This document shows, piece after piece, positions 28,601-42,300 of a DNA stretch of 64,000 nucleotides (position 1 is the first letter of the stretch; every line of letters begins with the position of its first letter). The notes under the pieces are model-generated. The model ran no database searches and was not told the origin of the DNA. It saw only the letters and a program-made list of their open reading frames with translations. The DNA lies in the NCBI RefSeq assembly GCF_009914755.1, contig NC_060933.1. One strand, 5' to 3'. The stretch is from the human T2T-CHM13v2.0 reference genome, Homo sapiens. The translations under genes and the position numbers were made by a program.

Positions 28601-30960
28601 GCCATTCCATTGTATTCGGGTTAATTCCATTCCATTCCATTCCATTCCATTCCATTCCATTACAATCGAGTTGATTCCATTCCATTCCTTTCCATTCCAT
28701 TCCATTCCATTCCAGTCCTTTCCATTCCATTCCACTCGGGTTGATTCCATTCTATTAGTTTCCATTCCATTCCATTCCCTTCCATTCCACTCTGGTTGAT
28801 TCCATTCCTTTCCATTCCACTCGAATACATTCCCTCATATACCACTCGGTACGATTCCATACCATTCCATTCCATTCCATTCCATTCCATTCCATTCCAT
28901 TCCATTTCGTTCCATTCCATTCTATTCCGTATCATTCCATTCCATTCCATTCCATTCCATTCCATTCCATTCCATTCCACTCGTGTTGATTCCATTCCTT
29001 TCCATTCCATTCGGTTTGAAGGCTTTCCATTCCATTCCATTCCATTCCATTCCAATCCATTGTACTCGGGTTGATTCCATTCCATTGCATTCCATTCCAT
29101 TCCATTCCATTGCAATCCGTTGCATTCCATTCCATTACATTCGGATTGATTCTATTCAACTCCCTTACTCTCCATTACATTCCATTCCATTCGGGTTGTT
29201 GCATTCCATTCCATTCCATTCCACTCCATTCCATTGCACTCGGGTTGATTCCATTCCATTCCATTCCATTCCATTCCGGATGATTCCATTCCACTGCATT
29301 CCGTTCCATTACATTCCCCTGCACTCGCGTTGATTCCATTCCATTCCATTCCATTCCATTCCATTCCGTTCCGTTCCGTTCCGTTCCGTTCCATTCCATT
29401 CCATTCCATTCTCTTTGGGTTAATTCCATTCCATTCCATTCGATTGCAATCGAGTTGATTCCATTCCATTCCATTCCATTCCATTCCATTCCATTCCATT
29501 CCTTTCCATTACATTACGGTTGATTCCATTCCATTGCATTCCATTCCATTCCATTCCCCTGTACTCGGGTTGATTCGATTCCATTCCATTCCAATCCATG
29601 CCATTCCACTCGTATTGATTCCATTGTTTCCATTCCATTCAAGTTGAATCCATTCCATTGCATTCCATTCCATTCGTTTCCATTCGATTGCACTCGGGTT
29701 GATTCCATTCCATTGCATTCCATTCCATTCCATTCCATTCCATTCCATTCCATTCCGTTCCATTCCATTCCATTATATTCGGATTGATTCTATTCAATTC
29801 CCTTACACTCCATTACATTCCATTCCATTCGGGTAGTTTCCATTCCATTCCATTCCTCTCCATTCCATTGCATTCGGGTTGATTCCATTCCATTGCGTTC
29901 CATTCCATACCATTCAATTCCATTCCGTTCCATTCCATTCCATTACATTCGGATTGATTCTATTCAACTCCCTTACTCTCCATTACATTCGATTCCATTC
30001 GGGTTGTTCCATTCCATTCCATTCCATTCCACTCCATTCCATTGCACTCGGGTTGATTCCATTCAATTCCATTCCATTCCATTCCATTCCATTCCATTCC
30101 ATTCCGGAAGATTCCATTCCATTGCATTCCATTCCATTCCATTCCCCTGCACTCGCGTTGATTCCATTCCATTCCATTCCATTCCATTCCATTCCATTCC
30201 ATTCCATTCCTTTCCTTTCCATTCCATTCCATTCCATTCCATTCCGTTCCGTTCTGTTCCGTTCCGTTCCATTCCATTCCATTCCATTCTATTCGGGTTA
30301 ATTCCATTCCATTCCATTCGATTGCAATCGAGTTGATTCCATGCCATTCCATTCCATTCCATTCCATTCCATTTCATTACTTTCCATTCCATTACGGATG
30401 ATTCCATTCCATTGCATTCCATTCCATTCCTTTCCCCTGTACTCGGGTTGATTCCATTCCATTCCATTCCAATCCATGCCATTCCACTCGTGTTGATTCC
30501 ATTCTTTCCATTCCATTCAAGTTGAATCCATTCCATTGATTTCCATTCCATTCCATTCCCCTGCAGTCGGGTTGACTCCAATCCATTCCTTTCCATTCCA
30601 TTCCATTTCATTCCGTTCCGTTCCGTTCCGTTCCATTCCATTCCATTCCATTCTATTCGGGTTAATTCCATTCCATTCCATTCCATAACAATCGAGTTGA
30701 TTCTATTCCATTCCATTCCATTCCATTCCACTCCATTCCAGTCCTTTCCATTCCATTCCACTCGGGTTGATTCCAATGTATTCCTTTCCTTTCCATTCCA
30801 TTCCATTGTAATCGAGTTGATTCCATTGCTTTGCATTCCATTCCATTCCATTCCATTCCGGATGATTCCATTCCATTGCATTCCATTCCATTCCATTCCC
30901 CTGCACTCGGGTTGATTCCATTCCATTCCACTCCATTCCGTTCCATTCCATTCCATTCCA

Positions 30961-31640
30961 TTGTATTCGGGTTAATTCCATTCCATTCCAGTGCATTCCA
31001 TTCCATTCCATTCCATTACAATCGAGTTGATTCCATTCCATTCCATTCCATTCCAGTCCTTTCCATTCCATTCCACTCGGGTTGATTCCATTCTATTAGT
31101 TTCCATTCCATTCCATTCCCTTCCATTCCACTCTGGTTGATTCCATTCCTTTCCATTCCACTCGAATACATTCCCTCCTATTCCACTCGGAACCATTCCA
31201 TTCCATTCCATTCCATTCCATTCCATTCCATTCCATTTCGTTCCATTCCATTCTATTCCGTATCATTCCATTCCATTCCTTTCCATTCCATTCCATTCCA
31301 TTGTATTCGGGTTAATTCCATTCCATTCCAGTCCATTCCATTCCATTCCATTCCATTACAATCGAGTTGATTCCATTCCATTCCTTTCCAATCAATTCCA
31401 GTCCTTTCCATTCCATTCCACTCGGGTTGATTCCATTCTATTAGTTTCCATTCCATTCCATTCCCTTCCATTCCACTCTGCTGATTCCATTCCTTTCCAT
31501 TCCACTCGAATACATTCCCTCCTATTCCACTCGGAACGATTCCATTCCATTCCATTCCATTCCATTCCATTCCATTCCATTCCATTTCGTTCCATTCCAT
31601 TCTATTCCGTATCATTCCATTCCATTCCATTCCATTCCAT
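30961..31640 (-). repeat. Local 340-bp tandem duplication
   Basis: ttgtattcgggttaattcc at 30961 and 31301; ttacaatcgagttg at 31016 and 31356; ctattagtttcc and ccctcctattccactcgg each occur twice. Confidence 0.85.
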
Positions 31641-34600
31641 TCCATTCCATTCCACTCGTGTTGATTCCATTCCTTTCCATTCCATTAGGTTTGAAGGCAT
31701 TCCATTCCATTCCATTCCATTCCATTCCATTCCATTCCATTCCATTCCATTCCATTCCATTCCGTTCCATTGTACTCGGGTTGATTCCATTCCATTGCAT
31801 TCCATTCCATTCCATTCCATTCCATTCCTTTCCATTCCATTCCGTTCCATGCCATTACATTCGGATTGATTCTATTCAACTCCCTTACTCTCCATTACAT
31901 TCCATTCCATTCGGGTTGTTCCATTCCATTCCATTCCATTCCACTCCATTCCATTGCACTCGGGTTGATTCCATTCCATTCCATTCCATTCCATTCCATT
32001 CCATTCCATTCCGGATGATTCCATTCCATTGCATTCCGTTCCATTACATTCCCCTGCACTCGGATTGATTCCATTCCATTCCATTCCATTCCATTCGATT
32101 CCATTCCATTCCAATTCATTCCATTCCATTCTATTCCGTACCATTCCATTCCATTCCATACAATTCCATTCCATTCCATTCCACTCCGTTCCGTTCCGTT
32201 CAGTTCCGTTCCGTTCCGTTCCATTCCATTCCATTCTATTCGGTTTAATTCCATTCCATTCCATTCCATTCCATTCTATTCCATTCCATTGCAATCGTGT
32301 TGAATCCATTGCATTCCATTCCATTCCATTCCATTCCATTCCTTTCCATTCCGGAAGATTCCATTCCATTGCATTCCATTCCATTCCATTCCGTTCCATT
32401 CCATTCCATTCCATTCCATTCCATTGTACTTGGGTTGATTCCATTCCATTGCATTCCATTCCATTCCATTCCATTCCATTCCGTTCCATTGCATTCCATT
32501 ACATTCGGATAGATTCTTTTCAACTCCCTTACTCTCCATTACATTCCATTCCATTCGGGTTGTTCCATTCCATTCCATTCCATTCCACTCCATTCCATTG
32601 CACTCGGGTTGATTCCATTCCATTCCATTCCATTCCATTCCATTCCGGATGATTCCTTTCCTTTGCATTCCGTTCCATTACATTCCCCTGCACTCGGGTT
32701 GATTCCATTCCATTCCATTCCATTCCATTCCATTCCATTCCATTCTCCTGCACTCGCGTTGATTCCATTCCATTCCATTCCATTCCATTCCATTCCATTC
32801 CATTCCTTTCCATTCCAGTCCTTTCCATTCCATTCCACTTGCGTTGATTCCATTCTATTAGTTTCCATTCCATTCGATTCCCTTCCATTGCACTCTGGTT
32901 GATTCCATTCCTTTCCATTCCACTCAAATACATTCCCTCCTATTCCACTCGGAACGATTCCATTCCATTCCATTCCATTCCATTCCATTCCATTCCATTC
33001 CATTTCGTTCCAATCCATCCTATTCCGTATCATTCCATTCCATTCCATTCCATTCCATTCCATTCCATTCCATTCCACTCGTGTTGATTCCATTCCTTTC
33101 CATTCCATTCGGTTTGAAGGCATTCCATTCCATTCCATTCCATTCCATTCCATTCCATTGTACTCGGGTTGATTCCATTCCATTGCATTCCATTCCATTC
33201 CATTCCATTCCATTCCGTTGCATTCCATTCCATTACATTCTCATTGATTCTATTCAACTCCCTTACTCTCCATTACATTCCATTCCATTCGGGTTGTTCC
33301 ATTCCATTCCATTCCATTCCACTCCATTCCATTGCACTTGGGTTGATTCCATTCCATTCCATTCCATTCCATTCCATTCCATTCCGGATGATTCCATTCC
33401 ATTGCATTCCGTTCCATTACATTCCCCTGCACTCGCGTTGATTCCATTCCATTCCATTCCATTCCATTGAATTCCGTTCCATTACAATTCCTTCCATTCC
33501 ATTCTATTCCGTACCATTCCATTCCATTCCATACCATTCCATTGCATTCCATTCCATTCCATTCCATTCCATTCCACTCCATTCCAGTCCTTTCCATTCC
33601 ATTCCAATCAGGTTGATTCCATTCTATTCCTTTCCATTCCATTCCTTTCCATTGCAATCGAGTTGATTCCATTGCTTTGCATTCCATTCCATTTCATTCC
33701 ATTCCGGATGATTCCATTCCATTGCATTCCATTCCATTCCATTCCCCTGCACTCGGGTTGAATCCATTCCATTCCAGTCCATTCCGTTCCATTCCATTCC
33801 ATTCCATTCCATTCCATTGTATTCGGGTTAATTCCATTCCATTCCATTCCATTCCATTCCATTCCATTCCATTCCATTCCATTCCATTACAATCCAGTTG
33901 ATTCCATTCCATTCCATTCCATTCCATTCCAGTCCTTTCCATTCCATTCCACTCGGGTTGATTCCAATCTATTAGTTTCCATTCCATTCCATTCCCTTCC
34001 ATTCCACTCTGGTTGATTCCATTCCTTTCCATTCCTCTCGAATACATTCCCTCCTATTCCACTCGGAACGATTCCATTCCATTCCATTCCATTCCACTCC
34101 ATTCCGTTCCATTCCATTCCATTACATTCGGATTGATACTATTCAATTCCCTTACACTCCATTACATTCCATTCCATTCGCGTAGTTTCCATTCCATTCC
34201 ATTCCATTCCTCTCCATTCCATTGCACTCGGGTTGATTCCACTCCATTGCATTCCATTCCATTCCATTCAATTCCATTCCGTTCCATTCCATTCCATTAC
34301 ATTCGGATTGATTCTATTCAACTCCCTTACTCTCCATTACATTCCATTCCATTCGGGTTGTTCCATTCCATTCCATTCCATTCCACTCCATTCCATTGCA
34401 CTCGGGTTGATTCCATTCCATTCCATTCTATTCCATTCCATTCCATTCCATTCCATTCTGGATGATTCCATTCCATTCCATTCCGTTCCATTACATTCCC
34501 CTGCACTCGGGCTGATTCCATTCCATTCCATTCCATTCCATTCGATTCCATTCCATTCCAATTCTTTCCATTCCATTCTATTCCGTACCATTCCATTCCA

Positions 34601-34859
34601 TTCCATACAATTCCATTCCATTCCATTCCATTGCTTTCTGTTCCATTCCATTCCATTCCATTCCATTCCATTCCATTCCATTCCGTTCCGTTCCGTTCCA
34701 TTCCATTCCATTCCATTCTATTCGGGTTAATTCCATTCCATTCCATTCCATTCCCTTCCATTCCATTCCATTCTATTCCATTCCATTCCATTCTATTAGG
34801 GTTAATTCCATTCCATTCCATTCCATTCCATTCCATTCCATTCCATTGCAATCGAGTTG

Positions 34860-36284
34860 ATTCCATTCCATTCTATTCCATTCCATTCCATTCAATTCCA
34901 TTGAACTCGGGTTGATTCCATTCCATTCCATGCCATTCCATTTCATTCCAATCCATTGCCTTCCATTCCATTCCATTCCTCTGCACTCGGGTTGATTCCA
35001 TTCCTTTCCATTCCATTCCATTCCATTCCATGCCATTCCACACGGGTTGATTCCATTACTTTCCATTCCATTCGAGTAGAATCCATTCCATTCGATTCCA
35101 TTCCATTCCATTCCATTCCATTGCTCACGGATTCATTGCATTCCATTCCATTCCATTCCATTCTATTCCATTTCATTCCATTTCTTTCCATTCCATTCTC
35201 TTCCGTACCATTCCATTCCATTCCATTCCACTTCATTCCATGCCATTCCACTCGGCTTTATTCCATTCCTTTCCATTCCATTCGGGTTGAATTCATTCCA
35301 TTCCATTCCATTCCATTCCATTCCATTGCACTCGGGTTGATTCCATTCCATTCCATTCCATTTCATTCCATTCCCTTCCATTCCATTCCCTTCCATTCCA
35401 TTCCATTCCATGCCATTCCACTCGGGTTGATTCCATTCCTTTCCATTCCATTCCAGTTGAACCCATTCCATTCTATTCCATTCCATTCCATTCCATTCCA
35501 TTCCATTGCACACGGGTTCATTCCATTCCAATCCATTCCATTCCATTCCATTCCATTCCATTTCGTTCCATTCCATTCTATTCCTTACCATTCCATTCCA
35601 TTCCATTCCCTTCCATGTCATTTCACTCGGGTTTATTCCATTCCTTTCCATTCCATTCCGGTTGAATCCATTCCATTCCATTCCATTCCATTCCATTGAA
35701 CTCGGGTTGATTCCATTCCATTCCATGCCATTCCATTTCATTCCATTCCATTCCATTCCGTTCCATTCCATTCCATTCCTTTCCGTTCAATTCCATTACA
35801 TTCGGATTGATTCTTTTTAATTCCCTTACACTCAATTACATTCCATTCCATTCGGGTACTTTCCATTCCATTCCATTCCATTCCTCTGCATTCTATTGCA
35901 CTCGGGTTGATTGATTCCATTCCATTGCATTCCATTCCATTCAGGATGATTCCATTCCATTGTATTCCCTTCCATTCCATTCCCCTGCACTCGTGTTGAT
36001 TCCATTCCTTTCCATTCCATTCCATTCCGTTCCATTCCATTCCATTACATTCGTACTGATTGTACTCAATTCCCTTACACTCCATTACATTCCATTCCAT
36101 TCGGGCTGTTTCCATTCCATTACATTCCATTCCACTCCATTCCATTGCAGTCAGGTTGATTCCATTCCATTCCATTCCATTTCATTCCATTCCATTCCAT
36201 TTCGTTCCATTCTTTCTATTCCTTAACATTCCATTCCGTTCCATTCCATTCCATTCCATGCCATTCCACTCGGGTTGATTCCAT
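34860..36284 (-). repeat. Dialect-B HSat3 sub-domain
   Basis: Dominated by ccatgccattccactcgggtt(g/t)attccattcctttccattccattcgggttgaa and tgc(t/a)cacgg motifs. Lacks the cttccgg, caacttgaatggaatggaaagaat and gccttcaaacc cassettes. Confidence 0.7.
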
Positions 36285-36305
36285 GGAATGGAATCAACCC
36301 GAGTG
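36267..36305. other. Strand-switch hairpin: 18-bp perfect arms with 3-nt GGA loop
   Basis: cactcgggttgattccat-GGA-atggaatcaacccgagtg. Also contains the 12-bp palindrome attccatggaat (36278-36289). Confidence 0.92.
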
Positions 36306-39300
36306 CAATCGAATGGAATCGAATGTAATGGAATGCAATGGAATGGATTCAACTTGAATGGAATGGAAAGAATGGAATCAACACGAGTGGAATGGCATGG
36401 ATTGGAATGGAATGGAATGGAATCAACCCGAGTACAGGGGAATGGAATGGAATGGAATGCAATGGAATGGAATCATCCGTAATGGAATGGAAAGGAATGG
36501 AATGAAACGGAATGGAATGGAATGGAATGGAATCAACTCGATTGCAATCGAATGGAATGGAATGGAATTAACAGAATAGAATGGAATGGAATGGAATGGA
36601 ATGGAACGGAACGGAATGGAATGGAATGGAATGGAATGGAATAGAATAGAATGGAAAGGAAGGGAATGGAATGGAATAGAATGGAATGGAATGGAATCAA
36701 CGCGACTGCAGGGGAATGGAATGGAATGGAATGCAATGGAATGGAATCTTCCGGAATGGAATGGAATGGAATGGAATGGAATAAACCCGAGTGCAATGGA
36801 ATGGAGTGGAATGGAATGGAATGGAATGGAACAACCCGAATGGAATGGAATGTAATGGAGAGTAAGGGAGTTGAATAGAATCAATCCGAATGTAATGGAA
36901 TGGAATGGAACGGAATGGAATTGAATGGAATGGAATGGAATGCAATGGAATGGAATCAACCCGAGTGCAATGGAATGGAGAGGAATGGAATGGAATGGAA
37001 TGGAAACTACCCGAATGGAATGGAATGTAATGGAGTGTAAGGGAATTGAATAGAATGAATCCGAATATAAAGGAATGGAATGGAACGGAATGGAATGGAA
37101 TGGAATGGAATGGAATGGAATGGAATGCAATGGAATGGAATCAACCCGAGTGCAATCGAATGGAATCGAATGGAATGGAATGCAATGGAATGGATTCAAC
37201 TTGAATGGAATGGAAAGAATGGAATCAACACGAGTGGAATGGCATGGATTGGAATGGAATGGAATGGAATCAACCCGAGTACAGGGGAATGGAATGGAAT
37301 GGAATGCAATGGAATGGAATCATCCGTAATGGAATGGAAAGGAATGGAATGGAATGGAATGGAATGGAATGGAATGGAATGGAATGGAATCAACTCGATT
37401 GCAATCGAATGGAATGGAATGGAATTAACCCGAATAGAATGGAATGGAATGGAATGGAACGGAACGGAATGGAATGGAATGGAATGGAATGGAACGGAAT
37501 GGAACGGAATGGAATGGAATGGAATGGAATCAACGCGAGTGCAGGGGAATGGAATGGAATGGAATGCAATGGAATGGAATCTTCCGGAATGGAATGGAAT
37601 GGAATGAAATGCAATGGATTCAACTCGATTGCAATGGAATGGAATAGAATGGAATGGATTGGAATTGAATGGAATTAACCCGAATACAATGGAATGGAAT
37701 GGAATGGAACGGAATTGAACGGAATGGAATGGAATGGAATGGAATGGAATGGAATGGAATGGAATGGTATGGAATGGAATGGAATGGTACGGAATAGAAT
37801 GGAATGGAACGAAATGTAATGAAATGGAATTGAATGGAATGGAATGGAATGGAATCAACCCGAGTGCAGGGGAATGTAATGGAACGGAATGCAATGGAAT
37901 GGAATCATCCGGAATGGAATGGAATGGAATGGAATCAACCCGAGTGCAATGGAATGGAGTGGAATGGAATGGAATGGAATGGAACAAACCGAATGGAATG
38001 GAATGTAATGGAGAGTAAGGGAGTTGAATAGAATCAAACCGAATGTAATGGAATGGAATGCAACGGAATGGAATGGAATGGAATGGAATGGAATGGAATG
38101 GAATGCAAAGGAATGGAATCAACCCGAGTGGAATGGCGTGGAATGGAATGCAATGGAATGGAATGGAATGGAATCAACTCGAGTGGAAAGGAATGGAATG
38201 GAATGGAAAGGAATGGAATGAAATCAACTCGAGTGGAATGGAATGGAATGGAATGGAATGGAATGGAATGGATTGCAATGGAATGAAATGGAATGGAATG
38301 GAATGGAATCAATCATTCCGAGTGGAATGGAAGGGAATGTAATGGAGTGGAAAGAAGGGAATGGAATCAACCCGATTGGAATACAAGACAATGGAATGGA
38401 ATGGAAAGGAATGGAATGGAATCAACTCGATTGCAATGGAATGGAATGGAATGGAATGGAATGGAATGGAATTAACCGGAATAGAATGGAATGCAATGGA
38501 ATGGAACGGAATGGAATGGAATGGAAGGGAATGGAATCAACACGAGTGCAGGGGAATGGAATGGAATGGAATGCAATGGAATGGAATCATCCGGAATGGA
38601 ATGGAATGGAATGGAATGGAATCAACTCCATTGCAATGGAATGGAATGCAATGGAATGGAATAGAATGGAATGGAATTAACCCGAATAGAATGGAATGCA
38701 ATAGAATGGAATGGAACGGAACTGAATGGAGTGGAATGGAATGGAATGGAATCAACCTGAGTGCAGGGGAATGGAATGGAATGGAATGCAATGGAATGGA
38801 ATCATCCGGAATGGAATGGAATGGAATGGAATGGAATCAAACCGAGTGCAATGGAATGGAGTGAAATGGAATGGAATGGAATGGAAACAACCAGAATGGA
38901 TTGGAATATAATGGAGTGTAAGGGAATTCAATAGAATCAATCTGAATGTAATGAAATGGAATGGAACGGAATGGAATGGAATGGAATGGAATCGAGTGGA
39001 ATGGAATGGAATGGAATCAACCAGAGTGCAATGGAATGGATTCGAATGGAATGGAATGGAGTGGAATGGATTCAACCCGAATGGAATGGAAAGGAATGGA
39101 ATCAACCCGAGTGGAATGGCATGGAATGGAATGGAATGGAATGGAATGGAATGGAATGGAATGGAATGGAATGGAATGGTTCGGAATAGAATGGATTGGA
39201 ACAAAATGGAATGGAATGGAATGGAATGGAATGGAATCAAGTCGATTGCAATGGAATGGAATGGAATGGAATGGAATGGAACGGATTGGAATGGAATGGA

Positions 39301-42300
39301 ATGGAATGGAATGGAATTAAATGGAATGGAATGGAATGGAATAAACCCGAGTGCAGGGGAATGGAATGGAATGGAATGCAATGGAATGGAATGGAATGGA
39401 ATGGAATGGAATGGAATAGAATGGAATAGAATGGAATCAACCCGAGTGGAATGGCATGGAATGGAATGCAATGGAATGGCATGGAATGGAATCATCTCGA
39501 GTGGAAAGGAATGGAATGGAATGGAAAGGAATGGAATGAAATCAACTCGAGTGGAATGGAATGGAATGCAATGGATTTTAATGGATTGCAATGGAATGAA
39601 ATGGAATGGAATGGAATGGAATAAATCATTCCGAGTGGAATGGAAGGGAATGTAATGGAGTGGAAAGAAGGGAATTGAATCAACCCGAGTGGAATGCAAG
39701 GCAATGGAATGGAATGGAAAGGAATGGAATGGAATCAACTCGATTGCAATGGAATGGAATGGAATGGAATGGAAATAACCCGAATAGAATGGAATGGAAT
39801 GGAATGGAACGGAATGTAATGGAATGGAATGGAATCAACACGAGTGCAGGGGAATGGAATGGAAAGGAATGCAATGGAATGGAATCATCCGGAATGGAAT
39901 GGAATGGAATGGAATGGAATGGAATGGAATGGAATGGAATCAACTCGATTTCAATGGAATGGATTGGAATAGAATGGAATGGAATTAACACGAATAGAAT
40001 GGAATGGAATGGAATGGAACGGAACGGAACGGAAGGAATGGTGTGGAATGGAATGGAATCAACCCAAGTGCAGGGGAATGGAATGGAATGGAATTCAATG
40101 GAATGGAATCATCCGGAATGGAATGGAATGAAATGGAATGGAATGGAATGGAATGGAATGGAATGGAATCAACCCGAGTGCAATGGAATGGAGAGGAATG
40201 GAATGGAAAGCAAGGGAAACTACCCGAATGGAATGGAATGTAATGGAGTGTAAGGGAATTCAATAGAATCAATCCGAATGTAATGGAATGGAATGGAACG
40301 GAATGGAATGGAATGGAATGGAATCAACCCGAGTGCAATCGAATGGAATCGAATGCAATGGAATGCAATGGAATGGATTCAACTTGAATGGAATGGAAAG
40401 AATGGAATCAACACGAGTGGAATGGCATGGATTGGAACGGAATGGAATGGAATCAACCCGAGTACAGGGGAATGGAATGGAATGGAATGCAATGGAATGG
40501 AATCATCCGTAATGGAATGGAAAGGAATGGAATGGAATGGAATGGAATGGAAAGGAATGGAATAGAATGGAATGGAATGGAATGGAATGGAATGGAATTG
40601 AATGGAATCAACTCGATTACAATCGAATGGAATGGAATGGAATTAACGCAAATAGAATGGAATGGAATGGAATGGAATGGAACGGAACGGAACGGAATGG
40701 AATGGAATGGAATGGAATGGAATGCAATGGAACGGAACGGAATGGAATGGAATGGAATGGAATGGAATGGAATGGAATGGAATGGAATGGAATCAACGCG
40801 AGTGTAGGGGAATGGAATGGAATGGAATGGAACGCAATGGAATGGAATCTTCCGGAATGGAATTGTATGGAATGGAATGGAATGGAATGGAATGGAATGG
40901 AATGGAATTGAATGGAATCAACTGGATTACAATCGAATGGAATGGAATGGAATTAACGCGAATAGAATGGAATGGAATGGAATGGAACGGAACGGAACGG
41001 AATGGAATGGAATGGAATGGAATGGAATGCAATGGAACGGAACGGAATGGAATGGAATGGAATGGAATGGAATGGAATGGAATCAACGCGAGTGTAGGGG
41101 AATGGAATGGAATGGAACGCAATGGAATGGAATCTTCCGGAATGGAATGGTATGGAATGGAATGGAATGGAATGGAATGGAATGGAATGGAATGGAATGC
41201 AATGGATTCAACTCGATTGCAATGGAATGGAATAGAATGGAATGGAATGGAATGGAATGGAATGGAATTAACCCGAATAAAATGGAATGGAATGGAATGG
41301 AACGGAACGGAACGGAACGGAACGGAAAGGAAAGGAACGGAATGGAATGGAATGGAATGGAATGGAAGTGAATGGAATGGTATGGAATAGAATGGAATGG
41401 AATGAATTGGAATGGAATGGAATCGAATGGAATGGAATGGAATGGAATGCAATTAACCCGAGTGCAGGGGAGTGTAATGGAACGGAATGCAATGGAATGG
41501 AATCATCCGGAATGGAATGGAATGGAATGGAATGGAATGGAATGGAATGGAATCAACCCGAGTGCAATGGAATGGAGTGGAATGGAATGGAATGGAATGG
41601 AACAACCCGAATGGAATGGAATGTAATGGAGAGTAAGGGAGTTGAATACAATCAATCCGAATGTAATGGAATGGAATGGAACGGAATGGAATGGAATGGA
41701 ATGGAATGGAATGCAATGGAATGGAATCAACCCGAGTACAGGGGAATGGAATGGAATGGAACGCAATGGAATGGAATCTTCCGGAATGTAATGTAATGGA
41801 ATGGAATGGAATGGAATGCAATGGATTCAACTCGATTGCAATGGAATGGAATAGAATGGAATGGAATGGAATGGAATGGAATTAACCGGAATAAAATGGA
41901 ATGGAATGGAATGGAACGGAACGGAACGGAACGGAACGGAACTGAATGGAATGGAATGGAATGTAATGGAATGGAATGGAATTGTATGGAATGGAATGGA
42001 ATGGTATGGAATAGAATGGAATGAAAAGAATTGGAATGGAATGGAATCGAATGGAATGGAATGGAATGGAATGGAATTAACCCGAGTGCAGGGGAATGTA
42101 ATGGAACGGAATGCAATGGAATGGAATCATCCGGAATGGAATGGAATGGAATGCAATGGAATGGAATGGAATGGAATCAACCCGAGTGCAATGGAATGGA
42201 GTGAAATGGAATGGAATGGAATGGAAACAACCAGAATGGATTGGAATATAATGGAGTGTAAGGGAATTGAATAGAATCAATCTGAATGTAATGAAATGGA

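Larger units (their letters stand above)
12666..36284 (-). repeat. Orientation block 2, GGAAT on - strand (~23.6 kb)
   Basis: ATTCC pentamers from TGCActcgggttgattcc to ...cactcgggttgattccat. Confidence 0.97.

Noticed and set aside
12666-36284. Inverted block as a transposon or site-specific invertible element
   Set aside because: No terminal repeats distinct from the satellite, no target-site duplication and no recombinase. The two ends have unrelated junction structures.
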